A stretch of DNA of 64,000 bases from Octopus bimaculoides (Eukaryota). Positions 40,163 through 53,474 of this stretch are shown here, piece after piece. A program made the translations under genes and the position numbers. The notes below the pieces were generated by a model. That model saw only the letters and a list, made by a program, of their open reading frames with translations, had not been told where the DNA came from and did not search any database. Location: NCBI RefSeq assembly GCF_001194135.2, contig NC_068982.1:20699691-20763690 (forward strand). The letters are read 5' to 3'. Numbering within the stretch: the stretch's first letter is position 1; every line of letters begins with the position of its first letter.

Positions 40163-40534
40163 TACATAAACACACACACACATATATATATGTGAATGTA
40201 TGCATGTATATGTGCGTATGTGTGTGTATAAATAACTATACATATACATACCTAAATTTTATGACAATATTTTAATGATATAGTTTGTAAGTGACTTTAG
40301 CTTGTATAAGGAGAAAGCGTTGTACAAGTTGATTATAATAGGGATTCAAAGATCTATTTTTCTTTGCTGTTTACCAGTTAAATCTTGAGGAATTGGCATT
40401 ACGTATGAAGTTTTGAGACTTCCGAGACTGGTGAGCAAGTTAAGTTTTAACCATATTTTACATCTCCTTGTTTCAATTTTACAAAGAGAAGTGTCCATTA
40501 GCTAGAGTTTCTAGTGAGAAAACACTGAGCATAA

Positions 40535-42817
40535 CATAGGGCAACAAAAAAAGATTTATTGTCTGCCACCCAAACAAATAGTGCTGTATTAAGCTAAATC
40601 GAGTTAAATTCATAGTAAATAATTATCATAATAGTATATTAATACTTTATATAGTAAATTTATGTTCAAGGCAAATAATATTATAATATAATGGTACATA
40701 TAAATTTTATGTTAAGGGAATACTCACTTTATTTTTGATATGCTCAGCTCAGAAATGTTTTTGAGACATTTACATTTGCGCTTATGCGCTTTTCTTCTCT
40801 ATTGTTTTAGGAAGAAGCAGTAGAACAGATTCAATCATGTAGGATTGAATCGGCTTTGACACCTCGTTTCCATTTCAAATATTTCCTAGTGGAACCTGTC
40901 GCCATGCTTATCACTAAGGGCACCAAAATTCGTTCGAAAAATCGAGATGATAATGGAAGAAGTCCATTTTAAGGGAATTCGGCATCCCATTATTTCAGAC
41001 GCTGTTCCCATCCTGTTTATTAAATCAGCATAGTTTTCAACTCTATAATTTCTAAGAAAGATCTGTACAACTGACACGAATGAATCTCATGCCGTCAGCT
41101 CAACTGGATTCAGTTTAACTCCGATTTTGCTATCAGATACCAATTCTTTGATCTTGGGTCCAATGAAAATGCCTTTCAGTTTTGCGTCACTTTTCTCTGG
41201 ACTGGACTAAATTTTATTTTTGGGTACTGGAAGCCACAAACATCGTGTGTCATTGAATTACGAAGTTTTTCATGAAGCCGAGTTTGACCTGAAGGTGTGG
41301 AAGGAAGATCTTTTGCTGGTCTACCAGTGGCATATGCAGCACATTGTACCGACCAACTACGCGTTCATGTCTTTTAGGCCAGTCTTTTATAGCTGTCGTC
41401 ACGGTTGTTCAAAACACGTATGAAGTACATATTTTTGGTATATTCCAGGTGCAGTCCTATGGGAGAGCGAAATCACCTTTAAACCACTACAAATATTCCA
41501 CGTATGAACTGAGTAATTACCTCCTTTCGGAATGAGCTCCATCGATTCATGAGTGTCTTCAATACCGACGACATGACGCACAGGAATAGAAGGTTTTTCA
41601 TTACCATTATGTGACAACACAGCTTTGAGGCTAACCTTACTCGAGTCTACAAGTAATCTCCATTCGTTAGCCACATGCACGTGTCCTACTTTTGCATGAG
41701 TGCATTAACGTCAGTACAGAAACAAGCATTATTTTCTTGCTTGAAAAAGACAGATAAGCGTTTATGCTGAGAACAGGAAATGGATATTTTTGTACCTTGC
41801 TGTAGTAGATTCCGTTGTTGAAGTTTGAACCCCAAAACTTCTACCCTCTCCTTTGACAAGGCTAGGTATCTTGCTAAATTGTTAACATCTTACTAAAGAA
41901 ACTAGCTGGCTCATTTTTGTTAGAATTAACTACGTACTCTTCGTTGATAAGACAGTCAGAAGGTTCATCGTGCGACGTTTCAAGACTTCCAAGTGAAGCA
42001 TCTGAGAGGGAAACTGGGACAGTGTTCTCGAAGTCGTATAGGACCGCTTTTAGAGCCGACTTACAATTCTCATACAGAATTTTGGCTTTGGTCTTCTTTG
42101 AGAAACCACAAATATTAATCATGCTAAAGTAACAATTAGAGACATGACTGACTGGGTCACGCCATACCATTGGTACAGCAAAAGGCATTCCCTCCGTTTT
42201 CTATTCAGCCACTGTGTAAGCCCTGAGTAACACACGGTGCAGTGTATATGAGGTGCCCACCTCTTGTCTTGATCTCCAACTTTACACCCGAAATAATATT
42301 TATAGGCAGTTTTTAATTTGCTGGCAATGTTCTTCTGCTAGTCGCGCGGAGCAAATTTACCACAGACATAACAAAAGTTGCCTGGATAATTCACACTCCT
42401 ATTCATGATCTAATACAATGAAAACAGTTAAAACTGTAATCCCGTCGAGTGAGAGATACACATACCACACGTGGCGGCAGCGCATACGACACTGAGAGTT
42501 ACAAAGAACAAACTGACGTATTTGGCATTGCACGCAATGCGTCAGCGCCATCTATTGCTAAACTAAATAGTGAACTTTCTCTTCGTTTGTTTTATTGCTG
42601 CTATTTCTTTAACTTTGAAGTAAGACCACTTTCATTTAAGCAAATTTTATAATACGTTCTATATCTAGCCGAAAGTATAGTTATAATATTGTGCCTGTGC
42701 ATAACTCAAAAGCCTAATGTGCTAGAACAATTCTGAGAGCGGATTCATAATCAGCATCCTCGATTTACTCTAAAACACTTGCTTCTTCCCCAGTAGCAAA
42801 ATCTTTGTTGTCTAGTG
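40535..42817 (-). mobile_element. Chapaev3-like (CMC superfamily) DNA transposon, near full length, inactivated; transposase about 42406 to 40740
   Basis: MNRS...FCYVCGKF, MPFAVPMVWRDP..H..NCYF, WRLLVDSSKVSLKAVL.HNGN, GALSDKHGDRFH; termini catagggcaacaaa...gattt / aaatctttgttgtctagtg; TAA on both sides (40532-34, 42818-20). Family name is from memory. Confidence 0.8.
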
Positions 42818-43494
42818 TAATGTTCTCCGTGGGATGAGGCATCAGCAGCAAGGTTCGGGGAAGAGAGATTTGACAGCAGCGACAGAAACGACAACGACGA
42901 CGACGACGACAACAACCCCAGAAATGTAACTGTGCGTGTCAGCCAGAGACTAGATCGTGTGCTTTAGGGAGTGATACATGTTAACATGCATTTCAGGATG
43001 TCTGTGCTTGTAGAAACATGTTCATCATTGTTGCGGGGCAGTGCTGCCCGTGAGCTTTATTTCCGCATTGTGTATTGAGTGAGCTGCTGTGGACTGAAAT
43101 GCTCTTTGTCTACCAAGTACCAGTTTTTGCAATTTGGTACTAGCAATTTTAAAGCTGTTTCAGCCCTCAGTTATTACCAGTGATAATGTCTCCCTGAATT
43201 CAAAGTAAATATAAGCGATATAACTGAGTACTCTTTCCGTTTTATTGCGCATTGTGTTATTCTATTGATATAAATATTAATTTATGTATCTGTATTGAAA
43301 ACGAACAATTTCGCACGATCTAACTGAAGTTCACTCGGTATAGAATTGATACAGCTTTGGTTTTTGGTTACAAGGCTTAATGTAGTTTATGCTGGATAAA
43401 ATTATAAGGAAAGATGCGTGATGTTATCTGTATTGGCGTCATTGGATTTAGAGATGGGTAGATGTTTGAAGTGCGGGAGGAAGAAGGTGAAGGA

Positions 43495-43760
43495 CAAAAA
43501 TGTTCCCTGCGTAAAACCTTAGTTTTTTAGGCATGGAGTAGAAAGAGTTTTGCTTAGAAGCTACGAATTCATGAGATGATAGATGGATGGACCTCGTTGT
43601 TGGAAGGATTTGACACGACATTCGCATAATGGTTTCCGGGGAGAGTTCTCTATCTTCTACTGGAAACAAGATGGGGGTGACACAGAAGAGAATGTAAAAT
43701 AGAGTGTGAGTCACTAGCGGATTGCTTGAGGGAAAGCTGGACTTGTGATCACTGGGTGGA
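43495..43760 (-). mobile_element. Penelope-like GIY-YIG C-terminal remnant
   Basis: HKSSF....THTLFYIL and ...FYSMPKKLRF run parallel to the 16.1-16.4 kb copy; heavily decayed. Confidence 0.45.
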
Positions 43761-45495
43761 GATAAAGTTTTGGGGAGAGAGAGAGAAATGGGTATAAAAT
43801 TGAAGTTTGTGGATCACTGCTTTATAGATAAGTACACGAGCGTTTAGAGACTTTACACTTGAGAAAAGGAAGCATTTGGTAGAAAAAGAAAACTGTAAAT
43901 TTACAAAATTGTAGAAAAATGCTTAAGAGGAAATAACAGTCGTGGGAGTTTTGTATGTTTGAATAATGCTGTAGGGAAACTATTTTGTAATGGAAAAATG
44001 TTCCAAATAAAATGGAAAATCCCTTTATATTTTGGGACTGTACTGATGCACCTTTAAGTCAGCAACAGACATTCTAACATATCTAATATGCATTTTCTAC
44101 TTCGACTGTGTTTTGGTAGGACAATAAACCTATGCCTTTGCATGGCTAGCTATAACAATCTTTGACGAAACACAAACCTATTTGATACAGCTGAATGTGA
44201 ATAAGAGAGAAACATTGACACCAGCACTAGAGTGTACTCAATTTATCAACACGGATATTATAAAAAGAAAAACGTTATCCCGCTGGTAAGTGAAATCAGA
44301 GAGCTGGGAACTAGAGACATAGCAAAATAAATTTTATTGGATGTTCGAAAGATTCTTCTAGGTCATCATATTATGGTGCCTCATTATATTTCAGAGAGAA
44401 ATGGCACGCAATTTAATTTTGACGAATTTAAATGTAGGAAGATTTTTATTAGAACTGTGTAAATGAAAATCAAAACTAAGTTTCTAAATATTTACTATGT
44501 TTTGTCTCTGTATCGCTCTTGGTACAAAGGTTAATCTTACCAATAATACATTAACTTATTGAATTACGATAATATTTAACTATGATAATATTTATAAATG
44601 AATATTATCAGCTAATACAGAGAAATATATTTAAAAAGTTTCCTACTCAGACAATATAAAGTGGTGGAAAAGTATAGGATTGTTCGTGGGAAATATAAGA
44701 TATAGGTTTCGGTGTAATATATATATGATCTGATAAAGTATAATATAGATACATATTACAGTTACTGAAGCTCCATGTTTATTGAGAAAATGTCGTTTAT
44801 ATATATATGCCAAATAATATATCTTTTTCAGATTGTTATGAATATTGCATGTTTGGTTACTTCAGCTCTTGTACGAAAGAAGTAGAAATATTTTTTTTCA
44901 TACTAATGGCAGCAAGTGACTATCTAGATACAATAGTAATATGAATGTTATTAAGACAAATACATGCAATCGGATATCTACTCGGGGTCCAAGTTTTATA
45001 TTAGGAATAAGTATACATTACTAAGTTATTGATAGACAAACTATTTATTTTCTTCGTAATGAATTATTTGGAATTATGCATTATGATCACAGGTAATGTT
45101 ACATGAAGTATTATTTGATAATAGAGGAAAATATAATGCAAACAGTTAAAATGCGCTGTCTATAAATAGGGGATTGTTAATATACGTGCTTTTCATAGAA
45201 GGAATATTAAGGTAAGGTAATTATATGTCTGGTATTATGATATAGCTAAAGGTACTGGTATGCATTCCATAAATAAGATTAATTTTATATATCATGTTTG
45301 TAATTTACTATCTGTCTGGCAACAAACTGCAACTGTCCAGTTATCTATATATTTATCCAACTAACCATATATAAATCTAATCTTATTTTTCCCTCTCATT
45401 TCTCGCATTCGTTTCTTTCTGCGTACGAAGATACGTACATATATATACGACACGCCATATGTGTGTATATATATATATATAAATATATATGTTTG

Positions 45496-45526
<31 letters not shown>

Positions 45527-45819
45527 NNNNNNNNNNNNNNNNNNNNNNNNNNNNNNNNNNNNNNNNNNNNNNNNNNNNNNNNNNNNNNNNNNNNNNNNNN
45601 NNNNNNNNNNNNNNNNNNNNNNNNNNNNNNNNNNNNNNNNNNNNNNNNNNNNNNNNNNNNNNNNNNNNNNNNNNNNNNNNNNNNNNNNNNNNNNNNNNNN
45701 NNNNNNNNNNNNNNNNNNNNNNNATATACATATACATATATATATATATTTATATATATATATGTCTCTCAGTATGTTTGCCTCTCTTTCTCTCTCTCCC
45801 CCTCTCTCTATATATATGT

Positions 45820-46200
45820 GGTATACTGTTCCATAACTGGAGAAGTTACAGAAGAAAGTTCTCAATCGAGGAAGACGTAAACATTTGATAAACCCAGAAG
45901 TTAAGCGAGAGTTACTATAGGTTTCACGGTCTGGTACTACAACAGCCGAACGAGGCTGTATAACGTGCGGTGTATAGACCTGTAATATTTCAGGATGAAA
46001 ATAAAACATGGATGCTCTAAAAGAAGCTAGAAAGAACGAAAATGGGCGAGAGAAATGAGAGAATGAAAAGAGAGAAAGAGAAAAGGTAGTAATAAACATA
46101 AGAGTTGTGATGATTTCCTCTGTTGAATAAGAATACAAAATGGATGATTTATTGAACGGGGAATTTCAAAATAATGTTACTGAATGCATCATCCGAAGAC
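45820..46200 (+). mobile_element. Possible Penelope-like fragment next to the hammerhead
   Basis: YTVP*LEKLQKKVL...NPEVKRELL...ERGCITCG resembles a PLE RT-to-endonuclease linker; weak. Confidence 0.3.
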
Positions 46201-46209
46201 GATAGTATT

Positions 46210-46340
<131 letters not shown>

Positions 46341-46375
46341 GCATATATATTTATACATACATAATGATGTAGACC

Positions 46376-46416
46376 CCTCTGATGAGAACCCAATAAGGTT
46401 CGAAAATCGATTAAGG
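46376..46416 (+). ncRNA. Minimal type I hammerhead ribozyme with intact catalytic core
   Basis: cct-CTGATGA(46379-85)-gaacc-caataa-ggttc-GAAA(46402-05)-a-tcga-t-TA-agg; perfect 5-bp stem II with G10.1-C11.1; palindromic aatcgatt stem III; 3-bp stem I. Confidence 0.75.
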
Positions 46417-47983
46417 TTGTTCAATTTTTTCCAGTCTGCGGAGAAGTAGCTAAAATTTGCCCTCTTTATACTTATAGTATGTTATATATTCATTAAATCA
46501 TACTTTGATACGGTGTGGACTAAAAACTCCGCTGGTATTTATAGAGTGTGAAACAATTTCGGTATGCAAATTAGATACACCTTCATAGAATAGCTGCTCT
46601 ATTTGCTGAGTATATAAACAGGTTGGCTACTTGCTACTCAGGAGACTGTTTATAATTATACCATGTGTTATATATACATATATTTATATATATATATACG
46701 AAACACATACGTATACCTATATAGAAACACATGTACGTTTATATATATCTTCGCTTGTCTCTCTCCATCCATTTCTCTGTGCATATCTCTGAGAGTATGC
46801 GTGTGTTCTTGATATAGTGACAGTAAATCTTCTTTAAAAAATGCATGGAAGTAAAATATAAACAAGGAACAGTAGAAATGAAGGAGCAGAAGAGTATAAA
46901 GAAGTCAAAGTTTGCAAATGCAAGGGAAAGAAATGGAAAATTATTAAGAAAGTTTAGGTATAGTCTTATGATTGACCTGAACAGAGAATTAATCACAAAA
47001 GTTACCGATATGAAAAATCAGTTTTTGTAATGGTATCGATTCAAAAATTGAAATAACAATACAAGCCAGTACGTGTGTCTTATATCTTTATATCTCGTAA
47101 ATGGATGTCACGAAAAATACATTGTTAATGCTATCGGCATCTTTACCTATCCCTCGGAGGACTTAGGGTCGGTATTATATATTTAGTGTCCCTTAGGTAC
47201 AATAAATACAACCTTTTCGAAAAGATGGACTGCAACTTTTCAAAAATCCCTACATACAGTAAACTCTTATATTTAAAAATATGGTGAAATAGTTTGGTCT
47301 GTGAGGCCTAGAACTATACTCTGGAACTATACTTAGTAGGATTAAGAAATATTCATACAGGTTACCGAAAAATTTATGCGAACAAACCAAACGTGTCACA
47401 TTTGAAGATCACCTCTAAAATTACAATATTTAATCAGAAAACTGAACGGAAATTTTGGCACCGTATATTGTGCCTGAGTGATACAGTCACAAGGAAACAT
47501 ACATCTCATCTACGAACCAAACACATAAGAATCTTAAAGATCCAATCCAGCATCACTCGAAAACGTTGCCTTGAGTGGGATTAAAATATATATGAAATAA
47601 CTACCATCGTTAGTTAGCAACTATGCGTAAATTTAATTCAAATAATCCAATATAGTATAAAGAAATTCCATAAATAGAACGGTGTGAAAGAACTAAAGAC
47701 TTCTATAGGCATAATCGATGAGTTTTGGATCATTCCCTACTTACATATGTTCTTTCACAATGGTAACATTTGTAATGAGAAGAAAATTGAAAAGTCACGA
47801 GAATAAAATGAAATTTTAATGAGCGTTTTCTAGAGAAGAATTTTGACATTCAATCTCATATAATTGTAAAATAGTGTAAAATANNNNNNNNNNNNNNNNN
47901 NNNNNNNNNNNNNNNNNNNNNNNNNNNNNNNNNNNNNNNNNNNNNNNNNNNNNNNNNNNNNNNNNNNNNNNNNNNNNNNNNNN

Positions 47984-48016
<33 letters not shown>

Positions 48017-49024
48017 CTGTGCCTGTGTAATGTTCTCTTTCAGAACATGATATGATTTTGAAATTAGTAAAAATACTTCCTGGTATTTGAAGATAAATGT
48101 TCAATAATAGCTAGTGTATAAGCTAATGCTGACCCCTTTTAAGAATAACACAAAATGACAGATGTTTTAAATGCATGTGGAACAATGAATTGCATATTCC
48201 TAATATATAATAAATAGATTATCCTATTTATATTTCTTATATTGTAAAATGAGCTAACAAAGCCAACCACATAATGCTATGCAAATGTTCCTTTTATTTT
48301 GAATATATGATTATATTACATCCAAAATTGACTTCAATGAATCTAAAAGCTTTCTTGTTATTTGTCTTACAATAAATACATACGACCATGTAAAACAAGA
48401 TATTCTTTCCAGATCATATATAATGATGTGGCTCATCACCCAGTGCACCTATTCTATTTAACGTCGTTTTAGCATTTATCTTGTATAAATTGTATGTTAA
48501 TTGTAACTCATTATTACAGGCAGAATAATGACGTATGTCATTAGTACAGACTTCACATAATTTCACCTTTCGCAGTTACATTTGTTTTCTTCATCATAAT
48601 CCTGATAACTGATAGATTCTTATACGAAAAATAATCGCCTCCGTTTAGCCAAATTTTAATTAAACTACTGGGACCCGTCAATATTTCACAGAATTAATGG
48701 TAAAACTATTGTTATTTCTGAAACTTTTATCCAAAAATCCTGAAAGCGTAGCCTGTGTTTTGTCTGTATGGAAACAAAGTATCACTGAGATGTGAAAGAA
48801 ATTGGAATACGGTGATTACTTAATGCACTTTATATATACACTTTATATACATTATGCACAATTTTATAGACTTAATACACAGCACTCATAAAATAAATAT
48901 TCACTCTTCTTTTTCCCTTTTACTAATAAATAAAGACTAAAATTATCCCGGACATATGATACAATCTTGAATTAAATTGCATATATCTGCCACGTAAACA
49001 GCCTGAATATTTCGCGGAATTTCA

Positions 49025-49427
49025 CTCATGCGCATGCGTTTATAAGTGATATAAGAAACTTAGTTCAATAAAAAATATACTTTTCACTATCCGATACTAC
49101 ACCACCACCACCACCAACACCACCTCTCTGCCCTATCTCCCTCTCTCTCCTCCTCTTTCTCTGCCTTCCTTTTACCTCACCATCAGAGCATCACCCCTCT
49201 GCAGTACGGCCGTATTACCAGAGTGATGTAAGAGACAAAAGTCTAGAGCATAACGTACTCCACTTATAAGAAAAAAATGTATTTGAAACTTGAGTCGCCG
49301 AGTTCCTGTACATAAGAAACTTTGGGAATTGACAAACCAGAGAGATCTTTCTTCAGTGGACTGCACGATCTGTTTCCCTTACGAAGAAGCGTCAAGAAAA
49401 AGTAGCATTGTTCCCCCCTCAGTAAGT
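49025..49427 (+). promoter_or_regulatory. Candidate promoter or non-coding exon
   Basis: NRF1-like TGCGCATGCG at about 49029; pyrimidine tract 49125-49180 ending ccatcag; GTAAGT donor at 49422; all frames closed. Confidence 0.3.
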
Positions 49428-50169
49428 ACAGAAATATAGTTTATATGCACATAGCTTTCGTAAAATTTTATGCGCATTAATAGTGTTCTAACAATATCAA
49501 AATCGTAATTTTCTAACAATATTAAACACATTATTTTCTAACAATATTACAAGCTAGTATCTCAAAGAGCTTCAAATTTTAATGAAGTAGAAACCACAAA
49601 CTTTAGAAGATATATCACCAACAAATTGCATTCTATGAATCATCCCCTTTAAAAGTTCTTAAGATACAATGTTATTTATAGTGATTGACAAATATTATGT
49701 CTCACAATAAACATGATAAATATAACTTCCATCTGGTGTAGGGGGAATGACTAATGGGTTTAAAATTATGTGGCTACATAAAAAATGCTTCTATCATTGC
49801 ATATGGTGGGACGATTGTCAAACAGCATTTGCTTCTCGAAGACTTTTGAATATAATCATATCGATATTAGTTGATATGATGTACAACTATGCATTAGTAT
49901 TTAACCGTCTAATCTCAACGTGCGGCTTTTAACCTTCAGAACACAATTTACGGATAATTACATCAATAAAATAACTAGCCAATTAGATTTTCATTTCACT
50001 TCTATTATTTACTTTTTGTGTTATTTTACATTCTTCTCGTTCGATTTTCAAAATTTTTTGTTGTTGGTATTCTTCTACATTGTTACTCATTTCTTTCCTA
50101 ATCATCTTGATCAACTTCTTTACCGTTTATCAAAGATATTTCACACTGAATATTCACATGGATTTCTCT

Positions 50170-50830
50170 GATTTTATTGATTAAAAACATAACTTCGTTT
50201 TTCATGCGTAACTCGCTTGTTTACTGCTGAAGATATTTATTCAAGTGGTTGGGAGGGAGGTTTTCCAAGAAATGTGCTGATATAACTTATTGCTATTCTA
50301 TTGACACATCGCAAAAACATAGAACCATTATTTTCCTTCTGTTGGTAATTGAATTATTGTTAAGATTTCCGTAAAACTAATAGTTGAAACTGCTGATTCC
50401 ACAGCAAGTATTTCTGTAATTCACTTTATTCAAGTTCTTGAAGTTTGAGCCAAATGAATTCTTGTTGACGAAACACTATGATTATTTGATATTTCAACCT
50501 TCACCATTTGTAAAATGTTACTGAAATGCTAGAAATTACAATCTATGGAATTATTTGTTTCTGAGCATGTGTGTTTTTTAAACGTATGTATGTGCGAGTT
50601 GCTGCGTTTCTTGATAGTTTCAGTGAATTTTTTCAGCTGTTTTCTCAACAGTAATAAAAGCATTAATAATATCTTCTTTTTTTTTTTTCACAATCTTTTG
50701 TCATTTGTTATAAATATAGTTCCTATCCTTTTAATTTCGAAAGAAATTATACCAGTCAGATGTAGATCCATCAGAATTTTCCCAGTTATTTTAGTGTCGG
50801 TAGTGAGGACACTACTAATAATATTATCCA
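50170..50830 (-). mobile_element. Penelope-like remnant (RT end and GIY-YIG), heavily decayed
   Basis: TKITGKILMDL; CDVSIE...VISAHFLENLPPNHLNK parallels the C.LC..EK..I....LNK motif. Confidence 0.5.
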
Positions 50831-51409
50831 GTGGTTGTCTAGTTCGCTTCATCTGTAGTACAGTTTATTTTAGTAAGGATTTCTAATTTTATATATAGAA
50901 ACATTCTTTACACATATAGTTTTGGTGAGAAATACTTTAAAACTCTTTTTCCTTGTCTTCCGGAAGTTTGTATCATCTTTTGGACACTTGAAGAAAGTAA
51001 CGATGATGTATCTGTCATTTGCCCCTATTTCTAAGTGCTTGCTCAGCGGAGTCTTACGTAACTCTTTTTGTGTTATATGTTATCTGTGGAATCTTAGATG
51101 TTGGCAAAGGTAAATGTTGGCATCGGAAAAATAATGGGAACAGGTTATGCAGTATATTTAATTCTGTGTCTTCTTTTTGTTAGTCAATTGGTTAAATATC
51201 TAATAAACTAATCGATCGTTTCTTTAATACGCTAGTTAAATAATCGGTTGTTTCTTAGTGATAATAGTTTCGTCCCCAACCGTCACCTCTTCAGTAAGAA
51301 GCCTTCAACACAGCTCTGTGTCTGTGCCAAACGTCGTCTTATGCCAGTGCATTTGCATGTCTGTATGAAGAATTGTGCTTGCTTTCAAGGGAAGGTAAGC
51401 AGGAGAGTT

Positions 51410-52130
51410 TACGAAGTGTTTGAGTGTGTGCGCGTTGGTGTGTATGTGTGTCTATGTGTGTACGGATGTATTTAAACGTGTGATGGTATGCTTTTGAGTT
51501 GAGTGTGTGTGTATAAGTCATCTGTGACCTCTCAAGGGTTCGATCATTTGTTCAATGTCAGTTTGGTATCAGTTCTGCTGGTATTCACTTGACATCCCGT
51601 AAAAACTTATGGAAGGGGACGACAGGATAGGCGCGAGCGCGGATGTCTGCGAGCGTGCGTGTGCGTGACTGTGTGTGTAGGTGGATGGCCGCTGATGTAC
51701 GCATGCATGTGTGTGGTCTGGTGAGTGTGATCTGATGGTTGGAGGGTTCTGTAAGTGGCTGTGTATGTTCGTATGTGCGTATGAATATTTGAGTGCTTCC
51801 AGTATGTGAGTGCGTACATGCGTGTGTGTGGAGTGTGGTGGCATTTGAATAACAATTCGTCTATTGGGTATGTATCCGTGTGTGCGTTCTTGTGAGTGTC
51901 TCTGTGTATGTGATGTGATGTATGTGATGTGTGTTTATAACTGAGTTCTATGGTGTGGTATGTGGTTGTCCATTCTTGAGTTCCTCTGTGGTTGTGTTTG
52001 TGTGTATGTGTGTGCGCGTGTATGTGTTGCTGAGTACTTTGATGTGTTTATTTGTTTATTTTTGCTTTTATATATGTGTGTGTGTGTGTGTGTGTGTCTA
52101 CGTGTTTTTATGAGTGTGCGTGCAATTGTT
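51410..52130. repeat. Degenerate GT-rich low-complexity tract
   Basis: Interrupted (TG)n/(TGTA)n/(TGCG)n. Confidence 0.8.
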
Positions 52131-52362
52131 CATGATTACTTGTATTTTTGTATTGATTTCCTAGTCCCCACCACCACCTGATAAACGTCACTTAGAGGAT
52201 CGGATGTAGAACCGACCTAATGAGAACTAGTTTTAAAGATAACTACTGTTGTTGATTCGTTCGATAAAAATTCTTCAAATTGACGCAACAGTAGGGCTGC
52301 AGTCTAATGTCTGATGTAATTAACAGATAACAGATATAGGTACGTACAAAAACACATAGATA

Positions 52363-53251
52363 GGAGGGGGTATCAGAAGTTTCCGAGACTAGTTACGCTA
52401 AATAAAAAAAAAATCTCATTTACCTAAGTTTTTACATTATCTTCTTTGAAATAGTCACTTTGCGCTGCATTACATAGGTCCCATTGATCCTGCCACTTTT
52501 AGAATCCCGGCTGGAAGTCGTATACTGTAAACGTAGACATTTTACGATTGGTTCTGGATCTCGACAACAGTTTTAAAACGGCGACGTTTGAGCTGCATTT
52601 TCATTTGGGGAAGAGATGGAACACTGAATGCGATAAATCTGGCGAACAGGGTGGTTGCGGAAGCGATACCATACTGTATTTGGCGAGGAACCTACGAGAC
52701 GGGAGAACTCATTGAAGAATCCATTTCTTGGCGCTACACAGATACAGTCGCTTTCAAGGAATTGTCCTCCCCAAACCTTTCGAAACGTCGCAGAAGAACT
52801 CTTGAATGACGTTCTTGGGGGACGAATTCTCGATGTACTGTACCACATTTCCTGGGGTGACGCTCGTCACTGGTCTTCCCGATCGCCGATCTTCTTCCAG
52901 GGAACTTCTTCCGCTTTTGAATCACTCGTGTCACTCGAAACGTTGAGGACGATCCATTGCCTCATCGCCGTAAGCTAACCGATTCAGGTTCAATGTCTCT
53001 GTAGCCGACCTTTCAAGTTTAAAGCAAAATTTTACTTTCTCTCTTCGTTCCTATCAAAATAAAATCGCAGTTTACAGCTTATTTACGATCACAAAACACA
53101 ATTTTCGCAACTTGCAAAGTAAACAACAGTGTGATGTCACTCGGTACCCTACCTCATGAATATTACTGCTAGCTCCAATTCTCAGGCAACCGTGTGCTGC
53201 CATCTTTTGGCGCGCTACTGAACTAGTCCTGGAATATTTTATACCACCTCG
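52363..53251 (-). mobile_element. mariner-family transposon, internally deleted
   Basis: TIRs ggagggggtatcagaagtttccgagactagtt / aactagtcctggaatattttataccacctcg with TA flanks; VKFCFKL..SATET, FKSGRSSLEED.RSGRP, then a jump to VHREFVPQ, PPCSPDL...FPKMK, WQDQW.LC. Confidence 0.92.
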
Positions 53252-53474
53252 TATATATTAATATAGGCATACATATGTATGTATATATACACATAATGTA
53301 GTGCATAGGGATAAAGTATCCCGGCAGGTACCGTGATAGCTCTCACGTATATTCCAGTTTGCGGATAACCGCATCGTGTTGTAATAGGCGTGGTATTTAC
53401 CTTCGTGGTATTTAGGTCTACGTTGTTTAGTCTAAATTATGACGTTGTATCTGTTCTGATATCATTTCATATTT

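Noticed and set aside
47745-47829. Minus-strand candidate exon ending YKCYHCERTY
   Set aside because: Mostly intron-like pyrimidine tract; no His pair or adjacent C2H2 linker
51295-51393. Plus-strand exon ending at a strong aag|gtaagc donor
   Set aside because: The acceptor overlaps the minus-strand hammerhead-like relic and the peptide is unrecognisable
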